From assembly GCA_043228905.1 (NCBI GenBank), contig JBHGNT010000006.1, positions 1,054,001 through 1,118,000 of the forward strand: 64,000 nt of DNA. Direction: 5' to 3'. The notes beneath the pieces were generated by a model that was not told the DNA's origin, searched no databases, and worked only from the letters and a program-made list of their open reading frames with translations. Made by a program: the position numbers and the translations under genes. Below are positions 38,109-51,338 of this stretch, one piece after another. This DNA comes from Azolla caroliniana (Eukaryota; Plantae; Polypodiophyta). The first letter of the stretch is position 1. The number at the start of each line of letters is the position of its first letter.

Positions 38109-40637
38109 ATGATGCTCAAATCAGAGGTCGTGGCTATGTCTATGCTTAAACAATGTGCTCGCCGCAAAGATCTGGGGGCGGGCATCAGTATATATGCTGA
38201 GGTTGCTAGAAATGGACTTGAAACAGATCCTTTTATTTGTAGCTCATTGATTGACATGTATGCAAAATGCAGTCTCGTTGGGATAGCCCGAGAGGTGTTT
38301 GATAGTGTTCCCACTCGGGATACGGTATTGTGGAATACACTCTTAGCGGGGTTTGCCAAACAAGGTCATAATGTGAACGCATTGGAATGTTATGAACAGA
38401 TGCTACTCGAGGGTTTTGTGGCGGACGAGGTCACCTTCATTTGCACCTTGAAAGCTTGTGCTGCTATGAGAGCCTTGCACAAGGGTCGTGTTTTGCATAT
38501 CAGGGTAGATGCACAAAAACTGTTTTTCGAAAGAGAAAAGGATGACAATGTTGGAAATGCATTGATTGATATGTATATGAAGTGTGGATTGCTTGTAGAA
38601 GCACATGAAGTCTTAAACAACCTTCTTTTTAGAGGCATTGTTTCATGGAATGCACAAATTGCCGGATATGTCAAACATGGCTTCGTTCAGGAAGCACTAG
38701 CCGCTTTTAACCAAATGCGGTATGAGGGCATCTTTCCTGATGCAATCACATTCGCGTGCATTCTCAAAGCTTGTGGTACTACCTCCAGAGCCACTAATCG
38801 AGGATGTGAACTACACACTGAAATTTATACAATGGGGCTCTTGGAAAGAGACCTTGTGGTTGGCAATGCGCTAGTTGATATGTATGCCAAATGTGGACTG
38901 CTTGGAAAAGCACGACAAGTGTTTGATACTCTTCCTGTTAAAGATGCAGTCTCGTGGACATCATTAATTACAGGGTATGCCATGCATGGGCAAGGTGAAC
39001 AAGCACTGAGTTGTTTTGAGCTCATGGAGCTCAATGGTATAACTCCAGATGATGTTACTCTCTTATGTGCCCTAAAAGCTTGTAGCAGTGTTGGGGAAAT
39101 GGAGAAAGGCCAGAAAATACATGCTGAGATTGCAAGAAAAGGGTTATTAGAGAGAGATCTTGTTGGAAATACACTAGTTGATATGTATGCCAAGTGTGGG
39201 TTAATTCTGAAGGCTCATGAAATGTTCGATAAGCTTCAAGTTCAAGATGTGGTGTCTTGGAATGCATTAATCGGAGGCTATGCTGACCATGGAAGGGGTG
39301 AAGAGGCACTTGATTTGTTCAACCAAATGCAGCATAAAGGAATAGCTCGAGATGCCATCACATTTGTTTGTGCCCTCAAGGCTTGCGGCATGATCGGGGC
39401 CCCAAATAAGGGCCGAAAAATTCACGATGAAATTACTGGAAATGGGCTACTAAAAAAAGACTTTCTACTAGCCAATGCTCTCGTTGACATGTATGCAAAA
39501 TGTGGAGAGTTTGGAAAAGCACAACAAGTATTCAGAGAGCTTCCGATCCAGGACTCAACCACATGGAATGGACTCATTACAGGCTATATCAAGCATGGTT
39601 TTTATAAAGAGGCGCTATCTTGCTTCGACGAGATGAAGCAGCGTGGAATAGCTCCAGATGTTGCCACTTTTGTCAGTTGTTTAAAAGTTTGTGGTAGTGC
39701 TGGAATAATAGAGAAAGGCTGTGAAATACATGCTCACATTTTGAAGGAAGGATTGTTGGAAGAGGATCATATTATTGGCAACGTATTGGTGGATATGTAC
39801 TCATCTTGTGGTTGGGTCCAAAAAGCAGAAGAGGTGTTTCATATGCTTCCTTTTCGTGATGTTGTAGCTCGGACTGCTTTGATTGCCGGATATGCAAAAC
39901 ATGGTAATGCTGAGGCAGCGTTTGATATCTATGAAAAGATGGGTCATGATGGAATCTTCCCAAATGAGGTCACATTTGTTTGTATCTTAACCGTCTGCGG
40001 AAGTACAGGGGCTGCATACAAGGGCCTAGAAATACATGATGACCTTGTGAGGCAAGGGTTTGAAAAGGATCTAATTGTCGGAAATTCTTTAATTGATATG
40101 TATGCAAATTGTGGTTCGCTTGATAACTCTAAGAAAGTATTCGAAAAATTGCTGGTGCGAAACATCATCTCGTGGACAGCTCTCATTTCAGGATTTGCTC
40201 TTCTTGGAGATTTTGATAATTCTTTCCTTCTATTCAATAAAATGATCAGGGAGGGTCAAACTCCTAATTCCATCACATTCATCAGCATTCTGAATGCATG
40301 TAGTCATGGAGGTCAAATTGATGAGGGTCAAATGTATTTTCACACTGTAAGTGATGAGTTCGGTATTGATGTGACTTTGGAACACTATAGTTGCTTAATT
40401 GATCTCCTTGGTCGATCAGGACAGATAGACAATGCAATTTTGGTTATTGAAAAGATGCCTTTCCATCCCAACCTTGTACTCTGGCACACTTTGCTGGGTG
40501 CTTGTAGGAAATGGGCAGATCTCAATCTAGGAAAAAATGCCTTTCAACATATTGTAGAGTATAATGAAGAAGATGCAGTTGCTTATGTCTCTATGTCTAA
40601 TATCTATGCGGATATGGGGGGAATGGAGGAAGATTAA
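38109..40637 (+). CDS. PLS-class pentatricopeptide repeat protein with a partial E domain and no DYW (~842 aa)
   Basis: Intronless ORF with ~7 triplets of GNALVDMYAKCG..A..VF / DVVSWNALI.GY / P...TF.C.LKAC. C-terminus HYSCLIDLLGRSG..KMPFHPNLVLWHTLLGACR..AYVSMSNIYA. First ATG at 38109. Confidence 0.93.
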   Translation: MMLKSEVVAMSMLKQCARRKDLGAGISIYAEVARNGLETDPFICSSLIDMYAKCSLVGIAREVFDSVPTRDTVLWNTLLAGFAKQGHNVNALECYEQMLLEGFVADEVTFICTLKACAAMRALHKGRVLHIRVDAQKLFFEREKDDNVGNALIDMYMKCGLLVEAHEVLNNLLFRGIVSWNAQIAGYVKHGFVQEALAAFNQMRYEGIFPDAITFACILKACGTTSRATNRGCELHTEIYTMGLLERDLVVGNALVDMYAKCGLLGKARQVFDTLPVKDAVSWTSLITGYAMHGQGEQALSCFELMELNGITPDDVTLLCALKACSSVGEMEKGQKIHAEIARKGLLERDLVGNTLVDMYAKCGLILKAHEMFDKLQVQDVVSWNALIGGYADHGRGEEALDLFNQMQHKGIARDAITFVCALKACGMIGAPNKGRKIHDEITGNGLLKKDFLLANALVDMYAKCGEFGKAQQVFRELPIQDSTTWNGLITGYIKHGFYKEALSCFDEMKQRGIAPDVATFVSCLKVCGSAGIIEKGCEIHAHILKEGLLEEDHIIGNVLVDMYSSCGWVQKAEEVFHMLPFRDVVARTALIAGYAKHGNAEAAFDIYEKMGHDGIFPNEVTFVCILTVCGSTGAAYKGLEIHDDLVRQGFEKDLIVGNSLIDMYANCGSLDNSKKVFEKLLVRNIISWTALISGFALLGDFDNSFLLFNKMIREGQTPNSITFISILNACSHGGQIDEGQMYFHTVSDEFGIDVTLEHYSCLIDLLGRSGQIDNAILVIEKMPFHPNLVLWHTLLGACRKWADLNLGKNAFQHIVEYNEEDAVAYVSMSNIYADMGGMEED

Positions 40638-42741
40638 GAGTTATGATGAAACAATATTGTTTTCTATTTGGCTTCTTTTCTTTGTGCAATGGCTTGAGGA
40701 GTTGGTCTAATGGTTTGCGATTGTAACTGGTATGCCATTGCTTGGAAGTTCAACTCCATTCCCTTATCACCACACATGGGAATCAGTCCACAATTAAGAG
40801 GAACGACTAAAAGCACTTTGAAGAGCCAAAATTGCAATCTCGAGATCTGTTGTTGAATTTCAAGTGATTAAGTGCCAAGAAAAGATTTGCTGATAACTGA
40901 TGTTACCAGGTTGTGGGCCGATGGGGGGTGGGGGGGGGGGGGGAGAGGGAATAGATGAGGATTAGGAGTTACAATGAGAGGACATTATTTTCTATCCTTC
41001 TTCATGCAACATTATCTGAGGAAGATTAGGAGTTATGATGAGACAACATCGCTCACTATGCTTCTTTGTGCAATGTTTTGTGGTTTTCAATCTTTGTTTG
41101 GAAGCCATAGGTTGGGATTTGAACTCCTCACGCCGCCCTCTTTGTTGTCATTAAAATGGTTTCAAAGAACTGAAATTGTGACATCGAGATCCAATTTTGA
41201 ATTTCATGAGATAAAGTGTCAAGGAAAGATCTCTTGATGAATGAGTTACTAGGCTCCAGCTCCAGAAACATAAAAAAAACGATAAACATGTTGATATGTT
41301 GTCGTTGAGTTGATAGGGTCCATATTGCTAAGAGGTTCATCACCGCAAGCATATACATAACAGATACATTCAGACCAGTGGTGGGCCCGTAAGTGACCAT
41401 CACGTGCATTGTGGCAGTCTAAAGATCAATGGAGATGTGGACTTTGGGAAAATGGGCTCATCTCCAAAATTTGATGATTTACTCCAATTTCCTAGGGGGT
41501 AATATTTCCTCACCATTTGCATGTAGATTAGGGTTTCTTCTACATTGCCTAATCAAAGTTTCATTTCTTGTCATCAACCATTTCATTCTCTATCACTGAC
41601 CCGCTCTCTAAATGTGCTGCCTCAGCATCATACGGTTCATCCAAATGACACCAATAATGCTATATTATGCATTCAATGTTACAACTACCACCGAGTCTGT
41701 TAATGCTCAGGCTCTTGTGTTCGACTTGATTTGGTGGGATATTTTTGTTATAACTTCCTTGATTGTAATTATGACAAGACAATTTAGTTGCTGTCACATA
41801 GAAGAGGGAGATATGCAAATAGTGGTATCAAACATTCATTCCAATGAGGAATGGAATATTCATTCAAAATCAAACATGGTCGAGGCATTCGTTACATGTA
41901 CTAATCTGTATAAAGAGTTTAGTTATATAAACTTGAGTGTCATCCCCAAAAGAACTAGTGGAGTATCATGATTGAAAATGACAAAACGTGAACGCTAATT
42001 ATCATATGGATGTAACTTCCTCTCTCAAGCATGTAGAGTGATGAGTTGCACACACATGGAAAACCTCGAAATGAGGTAAAAACTAAAAAATAATACATAT
42101 TTACAACATGTTATATTGGTGATAGTCAAAACATGGGGCCACAAATATATACATACAGATATAGAACAAACATAATGGGATCATCTTAGGGAACAATTAA
42201 ATAATCCATACCATCAGAAATTGATGTCCCAATTTATTATGAATAGTTGGAGATTCTCCATGGAGTCCAATATTAGACAAGAATGTTTTTCTGCTGAGGG
42301 CACAATGCCCAGTCCTCAAAAGCTAAAAACAAAAAAAAAGCTTTCAAAATGGATGAGGAGGCCTGTAAATTTATGAGATTGAGTAACTTGATGGAAGGAG
42401 ACTATTATATGAGGATAACTACATAATAAATGGAGAAGTGTTTTAGTTGCTTGTGCAACATCTTCCACAATAGGCCATAAAATGATGTCTATAACAATTT
42501 GTCAAACATGCAAGAATCGAAGTAGGCATTACCAGAGACAAATAGGCATCCACCATAGCAGTGAGCTTTGCATATGCCATACCATTACAACTGTCTTCAA
42601 GGCTTCAATCCCACATATTCTTTTCTGGTTTCATCTAGGAGCCGAAAATATATACCAACCCTGAAGTCTGGTTTCATCCAATAATGGAGGCTAGTAAGCC
42701 TAGAAAACCTTAACCTGCTCTATTTTTATTTTTACTTTCGA

Positions 42742-42830
42742 TGAATGGGTAAATATCCCATTTTGTTGTAAACCAATTGTCTCATGGGCCAATTTTGGCC
42801 TTAGAAGACCTTAATATATCTTTCTTTCTT
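42742..42830 (+). repeat. Dispersed ~85-bp repeat followed by a microsatellite (copy 1 of 3)
   Basis: GAATGGGTAAATATCCCATTTT..TCATGGGCCAATTTTGGCCTTAGAAGAC.TTAATAT also occurs at 59150-59228 and partially at 43587-43625. Confidence 0.85.
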
Positions 42831-42836
42831 TCTCTT

Positions 42837-42909
<73 letters not shown>

Positions 42910-44200
42910 TGTATATGTATAATTACTCCCACCTCATGTGTTTTAGGAACTAAGTTTACTATGAATGTTGTGGTAAAAATATTCCGGCATTTTGCACAAT
43001 ATGTATAGAAGGATATTACCTCTCTCAATGCTAGATTTCTGGATTTGCCTATGGGAAAAGGCACTCTAGTCTGAAAAAAGGTTTTATAAAAGCCTTGATA
43101 AATTAGTAATAGCCTTGTAAAAAGGTTTTGTAAAACCTAATTAGTAATAGTCTTAATTCTAAAGGTTTGGTAGTACCTTTTTGTGCTAGCCCATGGAGTG
43201 TATGTACTTGGGGATGGAATATTAAATGAAAGCAACAATTAAGATAAGATCACATGGGGTTGGTAGCTGGCCTTAGCACTGGGAATAATAAGTTATGTTT
43301 CAGCTTTGGCAGTTCAAGTATCATATCTAAAACTTCTTTTTTGCCTTCCTTTTCTTTCTCTCTTCCATTAAAGTAGTGTATATATTATTGCCATTGCTTG
43401 ACCCTACAACCACACCCCCACGCGCATGTGTACAAATACATATATACATACGTAGAGATACTGCCACATACATACATATATACACACACATGATACACAT
43501 ACACATGTACCTACATACATACAAACATACATCGTACACACGTACACCAACAATGCATACGTGCACTCACACACACACACATGGTGTCATGGGCCAATTT
43601 TGGTCTTAGAAGACGTCAATATTTCTTTCTTTCTTTCTTTCTTTCTCTCTCTCTCTCTCTTCATATCTTCATACGTGAATGCATTGGATTATGTTGAATC
43701 TTTGCTAAGAGAAAAATGATTATCAACACATGGCCAGAGCATAAAACCTTTCACCATCTCAAAAAAACAAAGGAAAAAGCAAAGCAAAGGATGGGAAGAG
43801 GAGCTTATAGCATTTTTACTTTCCCTTCAAGAAAAGCTTTTATTTTCTCATTCTTTCTATCTGTTTGTTTTTTCTCGATTCTATGTGTCCTCACCAAAGG
43901 ACACATTCTCACTTGATTTGAATAAAAGAATCATTAATGGGGTTTTCTTCATCCACTCTGTTAGCAATTAGCACATAATGCTGTTTCTTTGTGGGTTCTT
44001 CTTCTTCTTCTTCTTCTTCTCCTCATTTGTTAACAATAGTTCAATGGGCTGCTTACTAAATAGTGTTTCTTTTACCTAATTAACTTAGCATCCATGATTG
44101 TGATCTCTTTGTGTTACACATGTTTTACTTCTAAGTTGTTTCGGCCTAAATTAATAGTTGTATAGATGCTTCTTGAGATCTTCAGAGCATAATAATAAGA

Positions 44201-46726
44201 ATGGGAAAGAAAGGCACTTGGTTCTCTGCTGTGAAGAAAGCATTCAGATCCAGAATCACAAGCAAGGAATCATCAAAGAAAGACCAGGTAACTTGGTTCC
44301 CCTTTGATTAATAAAAATGGCAATCAGATCATGCAAAGTTCTGATTCATATATACTCTGTTTTGAGTGAAAGGACAAAATGGTGCACAAAGATTCCATGT
44401 TTGGGTTTCTAATTCGTGTGTACTCTGTTTTGGTCTTTAGAGTAAAAATGGAAAGCAGATATCAGAACAGAGTGCAAAGACTGGTTCACTAGGCCTAACT
44501 ACCGGAACTAAAAATGAGACGAATGCGCTCTCGGTAGCGGCAGCTGCAGCGGCAGAAGCTGCCAAGGCAGCCGCACATGCTGCAGTAGAAGTGGCCCGGC
44601 TTACTGGAGGAATTACTGAAGCTCGCAGATCCTCATACAACGGTCCCATTGAACAACATTCAGCCGCTATCAAGATCCAAACTGCATTTCGTGGATACCT
44701 TGTATGTGTATATGTTTGTAAACATCATCATCAGCATCTTCCTTAGAATGTATGTATGTATGTATGCACGCATGCATTTGTGTATGTATGTGTATACATA
44801 TGTTTGTATGCATGTGTTTATATGTGCATATGTTTGTGTATATGTATGTGTGAGTGAGTGTGCGTATATGAATGGATGCGTGACATGTATTTACATGTAT
44901 ATCTGTATAAATTTGTGTGTGTCAGTTTCTTTGCATGGGAATTTAGGTACATTCTAGACTATTCATGATGAGAAATTATTTGGGCAATCAAATTTCAATC
45001 CGCAGAGATGGTTTAGGTTTTCTCTCTAATAATCCCTTCATGTTTGTCCTGTCTCTCGTGACATTGGTGGGTCACCTTCAAGTTCATTTGCATCACATCC
45101 TCAGTACCTAATTTGAAACATATGAAGCGTATATATGTTATCCATAATAAGTATTAAGGATAATTATAGGTCATGTAGCCACTGTGATTTGGACACATTG
45201 AAAGACCTAACATCATGAGCCCGTGCTCGAATATTGTAGGGAAACATGAGGAAAAATGGTTTCTTTCCCACACAGGAAAATAAAATCTAAATAATAGACG
45301 TTTCTGTGTATGTATATAATCTAGATCATGTAACTTGCATAGCGCTTTTCATGTGATATATTTTGTATTGAAATGTGAATTGTTATTGTTTTTCCTTCTT
45401 TTGTTGAGGCTCGACGAGCTCTTCGTGCACTCCGGGGCCTTGTTCGGCTTAGAGCATTAGTGAGTGGTCATACAGTGAGAAGGCAAGCAAACCGTACACT
45501 GCGGTGTATGCAGGCATGGGTAAGAGTTCAAGCCCGAGTGAGAGCGAGACGGATCCACATGTCTGAAGAAGCTGTACTTCAAAGACAAATGTGGCAAAGA
45601 ATTAAGCAACAAGAGTTTCTTCTCGCAAACAAAACCTATGCAAGTATTTTAATGCCATATCAATAATCTTTGTAATAGTTATGCCCCTACTAATTGCTAC
45701 ATAATCATGCTCGCAGTGTCATGGCAATCAAGATCTCGTCATGTGGGATGGGAGCATACAATCTTTTGAAAAGACGCAAGAAAACCAGTTACTGAAGCGT
45801 GAAGCCATGGTGAAACGCGAGAGGGCTCTTGCATATGCATTCACACATCAGGTTTAATGATATATGTAACAAAACACACACACACACACATACACAAATG
45901 TATGTATCTATATCATTTTCAATTCCCAATAATATATATGTGTGCAATATATGTAGGGCATATGTAAGTAAATATGCATGTGTATGTATGAATGTATGGC
46001 ATGTACAATAACTGGGATGAGTTGATATTTCAGCTATGGAGATCCCCTTCCCGAGGAGCTGAGTTTCCACCAATGTTTATTGACCTAATGAATCACGGGA
46101 ATGGTGAAAAACCTCGGTGGGGTTGGAGTTGGCTGGAAAGATGGATGGCAACAAGACCCTTAGAGTCTCCACAGACATTTCAACTAGAAAAAGGTTACAA
46201 CACACCTAATAACAATGTCATTGACATTCCCAAGATTACTGCTACTCACATTCCCAAACATACTAATGCTGTGTTGCATATTCAAGATGATATGGTCTCG
46301 ACACCACACTCATTCCGAAATCAACTAAATATGATTAATGTCCAGCCACCCGCCTATAGTCCCCGGAGGACAAGGAGTGCCAGGATTCTCGAGGAAGAAG
46401 TGTTGAGTGGTGTTTCTACAGCCAGAAGCTCTCAAAGTGTGTTTTATTATTCGTCTGTGGTTGAACCAAGGATTCATTCTTTTAATAGGAGAAGTAGCAT
46501 TGAGGGGTCTTCAGTAAGAGATGATGAAAGCTTTTTAAGCTCACCATCAATGCCAGGCTACATGGCTGCCACACAGTCTGCAAGGGCTAAAGCAAGGTCC
46601 TTGAGCAATCCAAGGCAAATGAGAAGTTACATAACAGGGGAGGGATATAAGAAAGAGGGGATTGATGTAATTAGTGCCAAGAAGAGGCTATCTTTTCCAC
46701 CACTTGATGATACCAATACACTGTAA
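44201..46726 (+). CDS. IQD: IQ67-domain (IQD/SUN family) calmodulin-binding protein, ~468 aa; join(44201..44287,44441..44701,45409..45639,45717..45851,46034..46726)
   Basis: [15 protein letters not shown]; [13 protein letters not shown]|[27 protein letters not shown] (IQ67 with its conserved phase-0 intron); [13 protein letters not shown]; [11 protein letters not shown]; [13 protein letters not shown] (DUF4005-like). Intron 3 requires a GC donor. Confidence 0.93.
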
Positions 46727-49700
46727 CATGAAGAAAGGAACACAACAAAGCCAAATTATGAAGTAGGGGACCATACAAGGTGCCCATCAATCAATCTTTA
46801 ATGGCCTTTTAACCACTATTTGATACAACATTGAGCATGGCTTCAGGTATTGAACATGCAAATCAGTTGTTCAATTGTACCAAAGGAACAATATTAACAA
46901 TATTCAAGAGGAAATGGCATCCCTTTTCGCTATCTAGCTTGATTCCTGCCCTACCATATTTAATGTTTCCAGTCTATAAATCTGTCCCTTTTAACCATTG
47001 ATAATGGCTGATTCCTCCGAATTCTCCTCTACCTAACGTTCACATTATCTCATCTATCTTGGATCCTTCTCTCATAGGAGATTGATTTAGGTCACTAGTT
47101 GAAGCATTCTACCCATGCAAATAAAAACTTTGAAGCATAGGTCTAAACCTCCAATGCTTATAGTGTCGTATTGTTGTTATATTGAGTAATTTGCCACATG
47201 CAAGGTAACTACATTATTAAAAGCATGAATAAGGACGAGGTTGACGTTTGAAAACCAACGATATTATTTCATTTGGCTAGCTAAGGATATGAAAGAACAA
47301 ATATTTTTATGTCCCTTCATACTAGGTTTTCGTGAATAGTTCACACACATAAACGTGTCAAGATTGTACAACGTTAACTTAACTCCACGTTTAGGAAAAG
47401 TCCTTGATTGGTATTCTTTACTTATAAAATGATGTTATTGTGCTAAATCACAATGTGAACGCATAAGGTTACAATCTTGCACGTACTAGTTGTGAGGTAC
47501 TTAGCAAGTAAGGGTTCTTGAGCTTCTTATGAAATGAAACTAGTTCATAAATTTATTTTGTGCCTAATAATATGATCTTAGAAGAAAATATGTATTAGCT
47601 ATGGAGCTTGTAAGGTCTTGTAAGTTTGTAACGATCTCCGGATTCTCCCAATATATATCAAAGTTCGTTCCAAATGTACCCTTGTACAATGAGCACTTCC
47701 ATGCTATTAGCAAGAAGATAAACGGTACATGCATGACACATTCCTCAATGATGAGGCATGGTCAATAACTCTAGAAATGCACAATGTTGAAAATGTACTT
47801 TTAAAAAGTTACTAACACTAACCATTCAGATCCTTGCTACATTTTACTAGCCTAATATGCTAATATTTAGTTTTGTTGTTATTGATGCTTGTTTTCATGG
47901 TCCTATGTGGTTCTCTATGGATCCAATTGGAGCAACACTCTTCTTCTCCTAAATGTCCTTTTCAACTATATATTGAATAAAGATTAATTGCAATAGACGT
48001 TTTACGTAAAAATAAAAATAGATTGGTGGCATTTTCATTAATGTAATTGTACTCTTTGTAGCGTCACTAGCATTCATGGACATCTTGCAAAATTGCACTT
48101 TATGAAATGAAGGTGCAATTCATAGTGTGATCACATTTCTATGTGTAGTAGCAAAAAATCCTTCATCAAAGGTTCAAGTTCATGTCAGAATGCAATAGGT
48201 GCATATATACAAGTCACAAATTTCATTGGATTTCATGTCCTTACTAACCTATAACTCTATGTGGACAAAAGAAACATGGTGCATATGACCTAACTTCATA
48301 TGTTGATTTGGTTTCATAGACATGTGTTTATTAATGTCATGGACACTTTTTTATTGCCTTACTTAAAAGGCAAAACAATCACAAGTTAAAAGAAAGTATA
48401 TTTTATAAATACAATATCTTTTAATTAACAAATGGGTCAAAGACTATGTGAAAGAAGTGGCTCCATCGGTAGTGGAAGAAAACTAGAAATACTACCCAAT
48501 TGAGCCCCTAATACTCAACTATCTCTTTTGTTTGTCGTTGGTTCAGTATGAGTAGAAGACATTATACTAGCTAAATGTCATCAGTGGAACATAACTCTAT
48601 TGTTCTAAAACATTATGCCATTTCTACCAATGGGTAGCGTTTGGATTTCGTGGTCCTTTCCAAAGAGCAATTTTGATTCTCAAATATATAACTAGCAAGC
48701 AATTGAAAATCATGTTTTAAAAAAGAAACGTTTTACATTTTGTATTATAAAAAACACTGATATGCCATTCTACATCAAGGCAATGAAGAATTTTTTTTGA
48801 CAATCCATTTGATGTCTGTCACACCATCAAAAGGTTTTGCTACCCATGTAATTCCTTTAGGGAGTTGTCAATTGTCACTTTATTTGATGTATTTAATCCT
48901 TATCCAAGCTTTAAAGTGACACTATGACGCTTTGCATAACCAAGTGGTGCATTTATTATTCCGGAACAATCACTTTTTTGTTGGCACATTCAAGCATCCT
49001 TCTAGGCTTTCCATTATCTTTGAAGTTGGCATCAATATTGGGCATTTGTATTTCACAACCAAGGTTATAAATAAGCATAAGCTTGTGTTAAGAGGCACAA
49101 TCCCATCACACACATGGAAATAACATTGTCTCCACACAATTTGACCTTTAGTGGACCAATGTTCACAAACATGCACACATGTACCATTGCTCATGCATGG
49201 AGTATCAACCTTAACAGGAAACTAAGCATTACTTTTCATCTTGGACAAGAGGTTTCAACTTTTGGCCACCCACGCCCTACCATCTTGTGCAAAGATGATG
49301 TGTGTTGCCTCATATTTTCCTCGAGGTAAACCAACAAAATCAAATGTGATTAATGTGTATATATGGTCGTTTTTAATCATCTTCATCTATTACTTTTTCC
49401 AGCTAACCAATAAAGAAGTAGTTTGTAATGCCCCAAGGGTGGAAAACCTTGAATTGATTCCAACTTGAACTTGAATACTTAGTCAATGGGCACACCATCA
49501 ACCAACGTGGGTTGTTGGTATTGTGCAATATACAAATGGTTGAAAAGCCATCAATTCGGAGAAACTTTAATTGGCATCACTTCATCGATAACTATGAGCA
49601 TACGGAGGTGTATGGAAAATTACCGAAACCTTGGGGAAAGATAGGTTATCAATGCCAAGTCTTGTGACACTTGGGAAGTTCCACCTCAAACATTGAGAAA

Positions 49701-51338
49701 GATATGTCGTAAAGTCAGAGAATTGCGCAATGCTAGTGCATTGTTGCTTGCAAGAATGCAATATGTTATGTTTTGAAGTCAAAAAGGGAATAAGGTGACA
49801 ACCCAATCCTCGTTGTTGAGAACATTTTGTGGGGAAGGGAACCAAAGGTTTCACAAAGTCTAGATGTGTGAGGTAATGATGTTAAGGTGTTGCCTCTCAC
49901 TCCCAGAAAATGTGGCATGTGAGTGGGTTGTACTACACTCCCCAAAAGGAAAAGGAAAGCTAAAGGATTTTATATTGTATCTCGAGGAGTAAGTAGATGG
50001 CAACAAGCACCTTAGAAGTTAGGAACTTTAGGGGTGAAGTTCGAATTTCGTTGAAAGTGGAAATGGAAATTTAAAAAAAAAAAGAAGGATGGACCGTGAT
50101 AATGATGAAGAACCAAAATTAGAACTGGCTATGAGACGTGAGCAATAGATTCTCTCGAGCATTATTATTATTATGACATCGATAGTTTTGATGCAGCTGT
50201 TGTTGTTGTCTACTTCCAACTTAACTCTCTACCTACTAAATATTTGTTTTTTGGAACGTTTCTTTCCTTGTCTTCATGGAACTAAACTAGATTGATTGAC
50301 AGTTTTCCTTGTCGGCAAAATCAAGAGGTCATAAGCCTGCTGCTTGCCGTCGGAGCTATAGTGCCACCACACATTATTATTTAAACACTAAATAAAACAA
50401 ATATTTGTTTTTTGGGCTAGGAAGCTGCAGAACCAACGGCGTGCTCCTTCATACTTTAAGACAAGCACAAACACCTCTGTTTCTCTCTTAGTTTCCAATG
50501 CATTCCATTTGCATGAAACAATTCCTGCTAAAACGGTTTCTGCATCAATCTAGAGTTGCAAAACTTCTTAGCATTTTCTGTTGCTAATTAATAATCTTAT
50601 ATACACAAGCGGAACCCAAGAAAAAACATGGACTTTTCGTATTCAATTTGTAACTGAAGACCCTCGAATTAATTGAATTTGCACAAACTTGAAACAGATT
50701 TATTATTAGCATTATTATAATTGCTTACTGTATGAGGTTTAATCCTCTTCAGTAACGGCTGACAATAATCCATATGGCCATGGCTCTTTCTGTTGAAATC
50801 CTTAACCAGGAAATCCAATGTGGGTTCCAAAACCCTCAAAATAATATGTCGTTTTGGGAAACCATTTATATGTATGGTTTCTTATTTTTCATCTTATTAT
50901 TGTGTTAAACATTGATTATTTGCTTGATTTTCTGTGACTGCAAAGATTATGATTATGGATGTATGAGAAGTGAGGGTATTATGTACTGAATGCAAAAGAA
51001 AAAGAAGAAGAAGCAATGGGAAAAATGAAGAAGATGAACCTATCCGTCATCTTCTCTAGTGATAAATAGGTGAGAAAGACCATGGCCAAGAAAGGAGATG
51101 AATCATTCTCACCTTCTCAATGTTGAATGGCAGTGAAAGCAGAAGAAATCAATCTTAGACTTTCTCAGTGTGTTGAATGTAAGGGGAGGGGGGGGGGGGG
51201 GGGGGACCAATGGCGAATGCTGAATAATTGATCTTTCTTCATCTTCTCAGAGTTGAATTTAAGGGGAAAAGAAAAGAAAATAAACAAAATAGCGAAGAAG
51301 CATGCATCCTTCTTCATCTCTCAGTGTTGTGTGAAAGT

